64,000 nucleotides of DNA from an uncultured candidate division Zixibacteria bacterium (GTDB taxonomy: Bacteria > Zixibacteria > MSB-5A5 > GN15 > FEB-12): NCBI GenBank assembly GCA_963806185.1, contig CAWDXE010000005.1, positions 192,001 to 256,000 on the forward strand, written 5' to 3'. The notes beneath the pieces are model-generated. The model was not told the origin of the DNA. It made no database searches and worked only from the letters and a program-made list of their open reading frames with translations. Numbering within the stretch: the first letter of the stretch is position 1; every line of letters starts with the position of its first letter. Below, piece after piece: positions 38,212-47,986 of this stretch. The translations under genes and the position numbers were made by a program.

Positions 38212-40505
38212 CAGAAACGAAATTCGAAACCGACCATCGGCAGGATGCCGGCGTCGTAGATATACCCGGAGGACGAATTGACGATCGGGTTGGCGCGGTT
38301 GGTCACGTTGCTTATCGAAACATACACGGCGCCACCGGGATAGCTATAGCCGGCGTGCAAATTCACAAAGGCGCTGGTCGGAAAGCGCAGTGAGTTTTCG
38401 TTGGCCAACTGCGTTTCGTAATAGGCGGGCGAGTAGTACTCGGAGAACCTGACTCGCCGCGCCTCGCGAGTGGGGGTGTACGGGTAGCCGGAACGAATCT
38501 GCAACTCGCCGCCGACAAGCCAGCGCTTCGTCGCATGCCAGTCCAGCGATCCTCCGAAGCGGTGCGGCGCATTTAGTTCATAGGGAGTTGAAATCCCATT
38601 TTCGACTTTCCGGGCCAGAGTGTAGCCATACCAGAGGCGCGTGTCAAATTCCTTCGACGGGAACTGTTTCCTATCCCAGTTGATCGACCCGCCCGTAAAC
38701 GTTGCACTGCCGCTCGACTGTACAGTCAGAAATGACGGGCTGACGATGAATCTGGCGTAATCGACCTGGCTGTAGTCCGGCGTCACGACCGGTCGGTCCG
38801 TGATCTGCTTATGGAACAGCGAAAGATTCCAATCGCGGTGGTTGACGTCGAGCGACCACATATCAGTCTTAAGGGCCGACAGGTTACCGCGATCGGCGGT
38901 AATCAGAACCTGGTACGGCTCGAGGATATTGTCCGCCGGCGACTCGGCGAAAGTCCCGTGAAACAGAGTGAAATCGGTGCGGCTGTCCGGTTGGTAAGAG
39001 AGTGATGCCCGATTAACCAGCACGCTCTTCTGCCGCAGGGCCGCGAAATACTCCGTCCGCAGGCCGCCGCGCATAGTCAACCGACCGACGTTTCGCTCAG
39101 CCGTCAAATAGACCGCCTGCTGGAATTCGGCCGCACTCCCATGGTGCTGCCCCCAGGCACCATTGAGTGCTTCCTGATAGATATAGGCGTTGTTGCTGTT
39201 GGCGAACGGCGGCAGAAAGTTCCAGCCGTTCTGTTCCACCGCAATGTCACGACGAGACCTGATCAGTCCCTGGGTACCCAGTTCCAGGCTGGTCCCCCAG
39301 GATGTCCATTCAGCGGAGAGATTGAACGTATTGTCGCACGATTCTTCACGCAGATCGAGACTGAAGTGATTTGACCCCTCTGTCTGGGGATGAGCCGAAT
39401 ATGCCTTGTTTGACCCTTGAATGCCGAACGAACCACGAAGCAGTACCCCCGGATATAGCGCCTTGACCCGCAGGCCGGCATACGATCCGGTGGTCTTCTG
39501 ATAGGTGTCCACTCCGTCGTTGCCATCGGTGGCTCCGGACGTATTGAATCTGAGGTGGTCGCGGACATGATATTGATCAAGGGTGACAGTGTATACGCTG
39601 GACAGTCTCCAACCCGCGGACACGAACAGATCGAGAAAACTGGTTGGCGGAATCGTCTGTCGATCAGAGCTGGCGTCGATGTTGGTCACGATCTCATCGA
39701 GCACCGACTTGCGCACGGAGCCGAGCAGGGAAAACGAGCCGGTCCCCATCGACTGCCGGGCCGTGACATCGATTGTCGATACCTGCACTTCGCTCGTCCG
39801 GTGTTTGCTGAAATCTTCCGTGGTCGCAAGTTCAACGGCTGACGGTGCGCCGAAGTTGGCCTGGGTTCCGTGCGAATAAAAACGCATCTGACTGATGACC
39901 GACATCGGGATAATCGCAAAGGCGCCGTAATGACTCGGATCAGTGCCGATCGTCAATGAGTTAAGGAAGTACTTCGGATTAGTGCCGTCAACGCGCACCT
40001 GCGCCGAGTGACTTGAACCCTGACGGGCCGCCGCCGGACCGTCAAGCGAACTTATCGGATCGGACGGCACCAGTGCCCGTCGGGCGTGTTCACGCAACGC
40101 AACGGCCGTGGTCACTTGCGCCCGGGTTGGTTGTTCCTGGGGAGTCACGCGAATCGTACCCATGTCGGGTGGCGCGGACAGGAGCTGAATTTCAGCAAGT
40201 GTCACGTCGCCGCGTGGCGCGACCGGAATGACCACTGGTGAAAAACCGACCGCAGAGATCCTAAGTTCGGCAGTCGTTGTGTCACCGCCGGTCGTCAATG
40301 TATACCTGCCGCTGCCATCGGTGGCTCGACCGGCAATGGCCAAACCATCCCGCACCAACAGGACTGACGCTCCCACAATGGGGCAGCCGGTGTCGTCGAC
40401 GACGATACCTGAGATGGCCATTGCCGATACGGCTCCGGCATGGGCAAAGACCAGCACAAGGGCACTGAGGAAGATGATGAACCGAAGACGTTTTGACAGG
40501 CACAT
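38211..40505 (-). CDS. TonB-dependent receptor-like outer-membrane protein with N-terminal carboxypeptidase-regulatory-like domain
   Basis: Signal peptide; ISGIVVD..G.PIVGASV..TDGSGRY..SAVGF; plug-like VDG..YFLN; GGLRTEY; SGYPYTP; ends GFEFRF. Confidence 0.8.
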   Translation of the reverse strand: MCLSKRLRFIIFLSALVLVFAHAGAVSAMAISGIVVDDTGCPIVGASVLLVRDGLAIAGRATDGSGRYTLTTGGDTTTAELRISAVGFSPVVIPVAPRGDVTLAEIQLLSAPPDMGTIRVTPQEQPTRAQVTTAVALREHARRALVPSDPISSLDGPAAARQGSSHSAQVRVDGTNPKYFLNSLTIGTDPSHYGAFAIIPMSVISQMRFYSHGTQANFGAPSAVELATTEDFSKHRTSEVQVSTIDVTARQSMGTGSFSLLGSVRKSVLDEIVTNIDASSDRQTIPPTSFLDLFVSAGWRLSSVYTVTLDQYHVRDHLRFNTSGATDGNDGVDTYQKTTGSYAGLRVKALYPGVLLRGSFGIQGSNKAYSAHPQTEGSNHFSLDLREESCDNTFNLSAEWTSWGTSLELGTQGLIRSRRDIAVEQNGWNFLPPFANSNNAYIYQEALNGAWGQHHGSAAEFQQAVYLTAERNVGRLTMRGGLRTEYFAALRQKSVLVNRASLSYQPDSRTDFTLFHGTFAESPADNILEPYQVLITADRGNLSALKTDMWSLDVNHRDWNLSLFHKQITDRPVVTPDYSQVDYARFIVSPSFLTVQSSGSATFTGGSINWDRKQFPSKEFDTRLWYGYTLARKVENGISTPYELNAPHRFGGSLDWHATKRWLVGGELQIRSGYPYTPTREARRVRFSEYYSPAYYETQLANENSLRFPTSAFVNLHAGYSYPGGAVYVSISNVTNRANPIVNSSSGYIYDAGILPMVGFEFRF

Positions 40506-40777
40506 AAGTCCGCCTCGGGAGGGTCAAATGGCGTGCCTGATTGCAAGTACGACGATGCACTGGGTATGTCGCTATCAGAACGCCGGTTAGCCGCTGGTGG
40601 AAACTTGCACAGACGCAAAGGTTAGCAGTCGATATGCACTGCGACGACAATAGACCGTCGAATCCTCTGCGAACACGGAGGCTTGTTGCTCCGTCGACGA
40701 TCGGCGACTATATTCCGTCCTTCTTGAAGCGACACATGCCGCAGCTTTCGGCGAAAGGTGATTGAGGGAGCGGATAC

Positions 40778-41707
40778 GTGGGACACATAGGCGAACTGGC
40801 GGCGCTGTCAACCGCCCTGCTCTGGTCATTCACGGCGATCTTCTTCTCCGAGGCAGGTCGGCGAATTGGGTCGTTTCGTGTCAACAAGATCCGACTCATC
40901 TTCGCCGTACTGATCTACGGCGCCATCACGCTGGTCACTACCGGCTGGTTCTTTCCCCAAGGGCTCAACACCGAACAAATCTTCTGGCTGTCAATCTCGG
41001 GTCTCATCGGGCTCGTATTAGGCGATGGCTGTGGGTTCAAGGCTCTGGTGATGATCGGTCCTCGTCTGACCACTCTGGTCCTGTCCACGGCGCCGATCGT
41101 TGCCACCATCATCGCCTGGATTTTCCTCGGCGAACGACTTGGCTGGCTCGATCTGGCCGGTATCGTCGTCACCCTTGCCGGTGTGAGCTGGGTGGTGCTG
41201 GAACGTCGCTACAACAATGGTAATCAGTTTGGCTTGAAATCAGATCATCCGGATAGCGGTACGTTGGCGAAGGGAATCTTGTTGGCCATCGGCGCGTCGA
41301 TCGGCCAGGCGGTCGGGCTGGTGCTCTCAAAGCAAGGGATGCTCTTTTCCGGCGGGGCCATTGATCCGCTGCAGGCCTCATTCGTCAGAATGCTGGCGGC
41401 GACTGCTATCATCTGGATTTACGCGGTTATTCGCCGCGAGGTGAAGGAGACGGTCAAGACATCGACCAACGCCAAGGCGATGGGACTGACCGCGGCGGGT
41501 GCAGTGTTTGGCCCGTTTCTGGGCGTGTGGATGTCGCTGGTCGCTCTCAATTACATTTCAGCCGGCATCGCGGCAACCCTGAACGCCACGACGCCAATTC
41601 TTATCCTGCCGACCGTGCTAATCGTCTACAAAGAGAAGATGTCTCCGCGCGCTATCATCGGGGCCGTCCTCGCGGTCGCCGGCGTGGCGATGATTTTCCT
41701 GGCTTAG
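40778..41707 (+). CDS. DMT/EamA-family transporter
   Basis: About ten hydrophobic helices in two repeats; FLGERLG, YKEKMS. Confidence 0.88.
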   Translation: MGHIGELAALSTALLWSFTAIFFSEAGRRIGSFRVNKIRLIFAVLIYGAITLVTTGWFFPQGLNTEQIFWLSISGLIGLVLGDGCGFKALVMIGPRLTTLVLSTAPIVATIIAWIFLGERLGWLDLAGIVVTLAGVSWVVLERRYNNGNQFGLKSDHPDSGTLAKGILLAIGASIGQAVGLVLSKQGMLFSGGAIDPLQASFVRMLAATAIIWIYAVIRREVKETVKTSTNAKAMGLTAAGAVFGPFLGVWMSLVALNYISAGIAATLNATTPILILPTVLIVYKEKMSPRAIIGAVLAVAGVAMIFLA

Positions 41708-41708
41708 T

Positions 41709-42668
41709 ATGCAGTATCTCGATTACAGCAAACTCGCGCCGTTTCTCCAGACGCATTTTGCCGACGGCCAAGCCGATCGGTTGGTCGGGCGTGGACGACA
41801 TTTTGATTCCGGGTATTTTGACATCCACCGCTTCTTCGGCTCCGACGGGATTCGGCCGGAGATCGTGAAAATTGACTATGCGCAGGGACAGTTCGCTTTC
41901 AGCGACGAGCGAATCGAGCAGTTCGCGTCGGAGATAGCCCGGCATATGGCGGCTGAGGGTCGCTTGTACGAAGGCCCTACTGTCGTGAGAGCGGTGACCG
42001 ACGATTGGCGTTCCCTGACGCCATCACTTCTGGTACAGGAGGCGACTTACGGGCAGCAGGCCGGCAGTTGCTTTGCGCTCGACGCTCCGCACCCGCTTTT
42101 CCAATCCTGTGGCGGCACGCTTCGCGACTATTATCCCACACTCATGGCTGACCATGCGCTGGCGTCCAACCCTATTGCCATCTGTTACGGCGCGTGCGGG
42201 ATTGTGCGCGTTACCGAGGGAAGTCAGGGCTTTCTACTGCGCGTGATGAGAGGGAAAAAACTGGCGTCGCTGGAATCCTCTTACGGTCCGTCGGTAGCCG
42301 GTTCGGTCGAATGGGCAACGGATTACAAGACGCTCTGGGACATGACGGTCCGTACTATGATACAGGAGGCGGCCGAAGAACTGGCTTTGCGCCCGGCCGA
42401 ATACCGAATCGTGCCGCTGGCCTATGCCCGGGAGATTTTCCGGGGTGAGAAGCCGCAAATCTTCTGTCTGGTCGAGTGCCGCCTTTCGCGCACCGAACTG
42501 GAGCACCGCCTGCTGAGTATCCCCGACGACCGGAGAGAATTTTCGTCCTACGATTTCCAGCCGCTCTCCGTTAGCGGCGGACTAGCCGCCGAGATGGTCG
42601 CCTCGCTCAATCATGAAGCGAAGATGAACTATCACCTCCTCGAAGAGTACCTTGCCGTCCAGGCATAA
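41709..42668 (+). CDS. Hypothetical protein with degenerate Nudix-like box
   Basis: SVAGSVE...RTMIQEAAEELAL; starts 1 nt after the DMT stop. Confidence 0.6.
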   Translation: MQYLDYSKLAPFLQTHFADGQADRLVGRGRHFDSGYFDIHRFFGSDGIRPEIVKIDYAQGQFAFSDERIEQFASEIARHMAAEGRLYEGPTVVRAVTDDWRSLTPSLLVQEATYGQQAGSCFALDAPHPLFQSCGGTLRDYYPTLMADHALASNPIAICYGACGIVRVTEGSQGFLLRVMRGKKLASLESSYGPSVAGSVEWATDYKTLWDMTVRTMIQEAAEELALRPAEYRIVPLAYAREIFRGEKPQIFCLVECRLSRTELEHRLLSIPDDRREFSSYDFQPLSVSGGLAAEMVASLNHEAKMNYHLLEEYLAVQA

Positions 42669-42700
42669 GAAAACCGGAAGCGTGGGCACTTCCGGTTCTT
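42669..42700. terminator. Bidirectional terminator candidate
   Basis: AACCGGAAG(42672-80)-N8-CTTCCGGTT(42689-97) flanked by A/T runs. Confidence 0.65.
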
Positions 42701-42721
42701 CGTTCAATTGTCAGAGCATCC

Positions 42722-43081
42722 TCACACGTCAACTTCGTCGACATCGGTCTTCGGACGGGTCAGCTTCTCCTGGGTCGTGGTGACAACGTCGGGCCGCTTA
42801 TCTTTGAGTTTGCCCTTATACTTACGCAGTTGAGTCTTGGCGTGGTCGACCGCCATGTCAATGGAGTTGATCATCTCGTCGGTGTCGCCGGTGCCGGTAA
42901 TGGTATTGCCATAGACATTCACCACCAGTTCCGCAATACGACGATGTCGTTCGGTACTGAGGACAAACTCAGCCGAGACGATATTGTCGAAGAAACGGGT
43001 CAGGGAATCGAATTCGGCTTCGCATCTGGTTTTCATCTCTGGCGTCAGATCGAAGTGCCGGGCAGTTACCTTCTTCAGCAT
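42722..43081 (-). CDS. hpf: Ribosome hibernation promoting factor (HPF/RaiA)
   Basis: VTARHFDLT...SIDMAVD..KTQLRKYKGK; SD AAAGGAG; downstream of rpoN. Confidence 0.9.
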   Translation of the reverse strand: MLKKVTARHFDLTPEMKTRCEAEFDSLTRFFDNIVSAEFVLSTERHRRIAELVVNVYGNTITGTGDTDEMINSIDMAVDHAKTQLRKYKGKLKDKRPDVVTTTQEKLTRPKTDVDEVDV

Positions 43082-43132
43082 GGCTGATTCTCCTTTCCAT
43101 GCGTTCACGGAATATAATGATTACACACCGAC

Positions 43133-43279
43133 TTTGGTCGCCGTCGCGCATGCTACACTCGGGCGCGCGACAGGATAGTTGTGGATGAAAGGCGGGAGAC
43201 CGGACGGCTGAGTGTCCAGCCGGGTGAGGCGGAACGGCCTCACGTCGATGTCTGCGCACAGGTTCATCCGATGACCAAA
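43133..43279. ncRNA. Candidate structured RNA in the rpoN-hpf intergenic region
   Basis: Five nested perfect stems of 6-7 bp plus loop-loop complementarity; no family recognised. Confidence 0.35.
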
Positions 43280-43330
43280 AGCGTCAGGTTTACTATGTAT
43301 ACGGTGGGGCCGGCGGGCCGGCCACACAAT

Positions 43331-44731
43331 TTATACCGCACCCTTACGGAAACGGGCCGGTTTGATGCCTGATTCCTCGCGATATTTGGTAACCGTGCGT
43401 CGGGCCAGTTGAATGCCCTCTTTGTGGAGCATTTTGAAAATCTCCTGATCTGACAACGGCTTATCCGGGTTTTCGGCGCGGATAATATCCTCGATCCGCT
43501 GCTTGACCGACCGCTTGGACACGTCCTCGCCGTCGTCTTTCGCAATCCCGGTATTAAAGTAGTATTTGATTTCGTAAATGCCCAAAGGGGTCTGCACGTA
43601 TTTGTCGCTCGAGACGCGGCTGATAGTAGCGACATTCATGTCTACCTTGCGGGCAATGTCCTCCATGATGAGCGGCTTTAAGAACGCCGGCCCTTTCAGA
43701 AAGAATTCCTTCTGTTCTTCGATGATCGCTTCCATCACCCGGATCATGGTTGACCGGCGCTGATTGATGGCGTTCAGCAGCCAACGGGCCTGTTCCAGTT
43801 TTTGCCGGACATAGTCCTTGGTGTCTTTGCTGGTCGTATTCCCCCGCTTAACCAGGTCCTTGTAGCCGGCGTTGATACGGAGCCGCGGAACGTGCCGATC
43901 GTTGTGGAACACGACGAACTCGTCACCAAACCGCTCAATAATCAGATCCGGCACCACCGGCATGGCGCCCACGTCAAACCTTCCCTGCGCCGGCGTGGGG
44001 GCCAGCCCGCGAATGACATCCAGTGCCTTCTGCACTCGTTCGAACGGGACGCCCAGCATCTTGGAAAGCTGCAGCGGCGACTTTTTCTCCAGGTCGTGTA
44101 TGTGCTCGTCGACAATGCGCCAGGCCAGGGTGTTTTCCAGCCCCTTTTCGCGCAACTGGATCAGCAGCGATTCGCGCAGGTCGCGCGCCCCAACTCCGGT
44201 GGGATCGAATTTCTGAATCAGCAACAGAGTGTGGGTGATCGCTTCTTCTTCTATTTGCAGCTCGGCCGCCATTTCCGCTACGCTGATGGCCAGGTATCCG
44301 TCGGAACGAATATTTCCGATGACATACTCGCCGATCATATGCTCCTGTTCGGACAATTTCAAAAACGACAACTGTTCAAGCAGATGGGTGTACAGGCTCT
44401 CACCTGCCGCCGCCGTGCCCTCAAATCGTTCTTCGTCCGACTCCCGCTGCTCGCGAACTTTGTATCCTTCGTCGTCATTGGAGAGGTAATCATCCCAGTC
44501 TATCTTCTCTTTTTCCTGGGTTTGTTCGTTCATCCCCAGATCTTCTTCCGGGGCGGTCTCCGGAGTCTCGTCGGTCAGGTCGACCTCTTCGAGCAACGGA
44601 TTGATGACCAATTCGTGCCGGAGCGTCTGCTCGAGCTTCAAAATGGGCATCTGCAGCATCTTCAGCGACTGAATAAGCTGCGGCGCGAGGGTCTGCTTGA
44701 GAGATTGACGTAAACTAATGCCGAATTTCAT
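43331..44731 (-). CDS. rpoN: RNA polymerase sigma-54 factor
   Basis: PQLIQSLKMLQ, DPTGVGARDL, ATISRV, PLSDQ, RpoN box ARRTVTKYRE. Confidence 0.97.
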   Translation of the reverse strand: MKFGISLRQSLKQTLAPQLIQSLKMLQMPILKLEQTLRHELVINPLLEEVDLTDETPETAPEEDLGMNEQTQEKEKIDWDDYLSNDDEGYKVREQRESDEERFEGTAAAGESLYTHLLEQLSFLKLSEQEHMIGEYVIGNIRSDGYLAISVAEMAAELQIEEEAITHTLLLIQKFDPTGVGARDLRESLLIQLREKGLENTLAWRIVDEHIHDLEKKSPLQLSKMLGVPFERVQKALDVIRGLAPTPAQGRFDVGAMPVVPDLIIERFGDEFVVFHNDRHVPRLRINAGYKDLVKRGNTTSKDTKDYVRQKLEQARWLLNAINQRRSTMIRVMEAIIEEQKEFFLKGPAFLKPLIMEDIARKVDMNVATISRVSSDKYVQTPLGIYEIKYYFNTGIAKDDGEDVSKRSVKQRIEDIIRAENPDKPLSDQEIFKMLHKEGIQLARRTVTKYREESGIKPARFRKGAV

Positions 44732-44875
44732 ACTTAGCGATTCCTGTTGCCGGGCCCGACGGCGCGCGGACTGGTTAATCCTCTGTTCTTCCTCAGGTAT
44801 CGGAAGCGTGCACGAGAGGGTTCACCGGACCGGTCAACATCGTTCAATTATTACGCAGTCCCCAGGGGTCATCCG

Positions 44876-45601
44876 TCAATTGAGTCTGAACTTCTCTCCC
44901 AGATAGATTTTACGCGATTCGGGATCATTGGCCAGATATTCGGATGTCCCCGCTTTTAGTATAGCCCCATCGCACATAATGTACGCTCGATTACAGATGG
45001 AAAGTGTTTCGCGAACGTTATGATCGGTGATCAGGACACCCAGGCCACGCTCCACCAGCCGGTTGATGTTCTTCTGAATATCCTCGACCGCGATCGGATC
45101 GATACCGGCAAACGGCTCATCGAGCAACATGAACTTGGGTTCGTTGACGAGGGCCCGGGTAATCTCAACGCGGCGCCGTTCGCCGCCCGACAACGTATAA
45201 GCTTTGTTCTTTCGAAGATGGGCGATATCCAGTTCCCGAAGCAGATCTTCGAGTCTCGTCTTTCGTTCCTTTCGCGAGAGGTGCCTGAATTGCAGAACGG
45301 CCATAATATTCTGTTCCACCGACAGTTTGCGAAAAACGGAGGCTTCCTGCGCCAGGTAGCCGATCCCCCCGCCCGCTCGCCGGAACATCGGCCATCGGCT
45401 GATATCCTGTTCACCGAGATAGACACGCCCGGCATCGGGCCTGATAAACCCAATGATCATGTAAAAGGTCGTGGTTTTGCCGGCTCCGTTTGGACCGAGC
45501 AAGCCGACCACTTCGCCCGGATTGACCTGCAGCGAGACATCGCTGACCACGGCTCGCCGCCGGTAATATTTCACCAGATTTTTGGATTCCAGTATCGCCA
45601 T
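44876..45601 (-). CDS. lptB: LPS export ABC transporter ATP-binding protein
   Basis: [56 protein letters not shown]. Confidence 0.96.
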   Translation of the reverse strand: MAILESKNLVKYYRRRAVVSDVSLQVNPGEVVGLLGPNGAGKTTTFYMIIGFIRPDAGRVYLGEQDISRWPMFRRAGGGIGYLAQEASVFRKLSVEQNIMAVLQFRHLSRKERKTRLEDLLRELDIAHLRKNKAYTLSGGERRRVEITRALVNEPKFMLLDEPFAGIDPIAVEDIQKNINRLVERGLGVLITDHNVRETLSICNRAYIMCDGAILKAGTSEYLANDPESRKIYLGEKFRLN

Positions 45602-45644
45602 ACTTTCAATATATTCCGCTTCGTCATGCGAACCAAAAACAATT

Positions 45645-45661
45645 TTGGCACACTATCCGCT
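45645..45661 (+). promoter_or_regulatory. Possible sigma54 promoter of the TPR lipoprotein
   Basis: TTGGCACACTATCCGCT: TGGCAC box, GG-N10-GC spacing, imperfect -12 (CCGC). Confidence 0.3.
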
Positions 45662-45760
45662 TCGAGACCTGAACCCGAGCGATCAGCCGGCAAATGTGAT
45701 AGTCACACAGCCGAGGACACTCCCCGGGGCGATCGGATCTCAACTCACCTGAGGATCAAC

Positions 45761-47941
45761 ATGCATCGTTTACTTCAAATCTGTCTCTACCTCGGTCTTC
45801 TGACCATCGCTTGCAGCAAGGCTCCCGAGGACAAGTTCAAGGCATCGTTGGGCAAAGGGTACCAACTACTTGAGAACTATCAGATCGCTCAGGCCGATAC
45901 GGCTTTCGGCGAAATGACGTCCGCCGATCCATCAAGTCCCATAGGGTTATACGGCAAGGGGTTGGTCCACGAACGGAGATTTGAGTATTACGATGCACTC
46001 GAAAAATACATGGCTCTCCTCCAGTTGAGACCTGATTTCTCCCCGGCCAATGCGGCCACGGCGCGGATATTCCGCCGACTCGACGAACCGGAGCTGGCCG
46101 CTCAATACGCGGCGGTCTATGCCAGACAAAGCGAGAACCCGGCCATGGCCTATATCTCGCTGGCCGCCATAGAGCTGGACGGGAGATCCTTCGCCGACGC
46201 CCAGGCGGCGATTGCCCATGCCGACGACGCCAAGGTAGGCGCTACCTGGAAGGACCTCGTGCTAGCCCGCCTGTATGCCCAGCAATTTCGGTTTGATTCT
46301 GCCTCACAGGCCTTCTCCCGGGCTTCTGCCGGATTGCAGAAAACCCCCCAATGGTACGAATTGGCTGCCGACTATTACGAGGCCCGCGGCCTGAGCGATT
46401 CTGCGGTGCTGATGAGCCGGATGGCAAGCGAGGCCTCGGGAGCTGATCAGGATGACCTGTACGCTTACTTCCATCGATGCCTCAGACTTCGGTATGACTA
46501 TGAGGCCGGACAGATTGCCGGCACCATCGCCGAGCGGGCAAAGAACGATTTCGCCGGCCCGGCAGCCCAGATGCTCTACTACAGGGCTATCGGCGATCGT
46601 TTTGCTGCCGACCGCGCTACCAACAAGGTAACTCGACGCAAGGAGCTGATGTATTCCCCCCTGATCTATGACGCCCGAGTGCGCTGGGCCCTGGCCGATT
46701 TCCAAACGGCTTACATGAATATGGAGAATATTGCCAGAATCTCGAATGACGAAACGGTGCCGGAGGATTTCAAAGATTACATCCGCGGCGTCGTCGTGCT
46801 CACCGAGAACGAAATTGGCGAAGATGACATGGTGTACAAGCGAATACAGTCGGTGGGGGGATTCCGCAATGACCGGCTCGCTTTTCGCATGGCTCAAGCA
46901 GAAATGTTCAAACGGAACGGGGTCGACTCGCTTTTCACGCTGGCCACTCAGGTGCTCGAGTCCAGTCATGGCAATCAGGCAGACTGGCTTACCGGCTTGG
47001 GCAAGTTGTATTGGGGACGAGTCGCTCATGATTCGGCGATGGCGGGTCAGTATTTCGCTCGGGCACTGGAAAAGGACCCGTCATATCAACCGGCCATGGA
47101 ACAACTGATTGACATGTATACCTTCAACTCGAATTTCCTTCATGCCCTTGAGCTGTTTCAACGATATCCCCAGTTCGAATCGATTCCCGGCATGTTGGCG
47201 CGCAAGGCGTACTGTCAAGTGCGGGCCGGTCAGCCCGACGCCGGAGTGGCCACGTTCCTGCAAGCCATGGCCGCGTTTGTCGGCAACGTAAGTAGCCACC
47301 GGGATTTCTACACCTTCTTGGTGAATCGGGGCTTAGCTGAGCAGGCGGTCCAAGTCTCGCAGCGGGCTCTTGAGGCCAATCCGAAAAACCCTTGGGCGTA
47401 TGCACTGGCGGCTCAGGCGGCTTCGGATCGCCAAGACTATCAGAAAGCACTTGAACTTGCCCAGCAAGGGTTGGCCCTGGATGGCGATAACGCCAATCTG
47501 GGGGCTCAGAAGGCGCGGGCGCTCTACCTGTCCGGCCGGAAGGCAGATGGAGTCAAGGAGTTTGATGCCTTGATGAAACGACTGCAGATGAACTTGGAGG
47601 TTCTGCACTACTACTCGCGCTGCCTCGCTTCCGATCACTCCGAATTGCCACGAGCCGGTGATCTGGCGCGACAGGGGCAGTTTGTCGAAGCCGGCTCGTA
47701 CCGGGCTAGTCTCAATCTCTCCTACGTTTACTATCAAACCGGCCTGGCGGCGGAGGCACGGGCCGAGGCGGACCGAGTCGCAAGCTTCTGTCCGTATGAA
47801 CCGGAGCCCGCGTACATGCTTGCGCTCGCCCTGAAATTGGAGGGTCGACCGGAAGCCAAGGCCTTCTTCGAGCGGGCAATTGCTCTGGGCTTGGCCGGAG
47901 CCATGCGCGAGAAAGCAGAGCAAGCAAAAGCATCGCTCTGA
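45761..47941 (+). CDS. TPR-repeat lipoprotein
   Basis: SD GAGGA; MHRLLQICLYLGLLTIAC lipobox; many TPR units such as ALEKDPSY and ALEANPKNPWAY. Confidence 0.85.
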   Translation: MHRLLQICLYLGLLTIACSKAPEDKFKASLGKGYQLLENYQIAQADTAFGEMTSADPSSPIGLYGKGLVHERRFEYYDALEKYMALLQLRPDFSPANAATARIFRRLDEPELAAQYAAVYARQSENPAMAYISLAAIELDGRSFADAQAAIAHADDAKVGATWKDLVLARLYAQQFRFDSASQAFSRASAGLQKTPQWYELAADYYEARGLSDSAVLMSRMASEASGADQDDLYAYFHRCLRLRYDYEAGQIAGTIAERAKNDFAGPAAQMLYYRAIGDRFAADRATNKVTRRKELMYSPLIYDARVRWALADFQTAYMNMENIARISNDETVPEDFKDYIRGVVVLTENEIGEDDMVYKRIQSVGGFRNDRLAFRMAQAEMFKRNGVDSLFTLATQVLESSHGNQADWLTGLGKLYWGRVAHDSAMAGQYFARALEKDPSYQPAMEQLIDMYTFNSNFLHALELFQRYPQFESIPGMLARKAYCQVRAGQPDAGVATFLQAMAAFVGNVSSHRDFYTFLVNRGLAEQAVQVSQRALEANPKNPWAYALAAQAASDRQDYQKALELAQQGLALDGDNANLGAQKARALYLSGRKADGVKEFDALMKRLQMNLEVLHYYSRCLASDHSELPRAGDLARQGQFVEAGSYRASLNLSYVYYQTGLAAEARAEADRVASFCPYEPEPAYMLALALKLEGRPEAKAFFERAIALGLAGAMREKAEQAKASL

Positions 47942-47986
47942 TTGGGGCGACCAGTGGCTGCCTTGACTTATGGGAATCGTCAATTT

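Noticed and set aside
40521..40540. GGCACG-N4-TTGA sigma54-like site on the minus strand
   Set aside because: Lacks the conserved GC at -12 and is too close to the start codon at 40505
44732..44875. Imperfect stems in the lptB-rpoN spacer
   Set aside because: Short and mismatched; not distinguishable from chance at this GC content without computation
45020..45760. N-terminal 247 codons of the 973-aa ORF
   Set aside because: Largely antisense shadow of lptB; the real start is the lipoprotein ATG at 45761 with an SD
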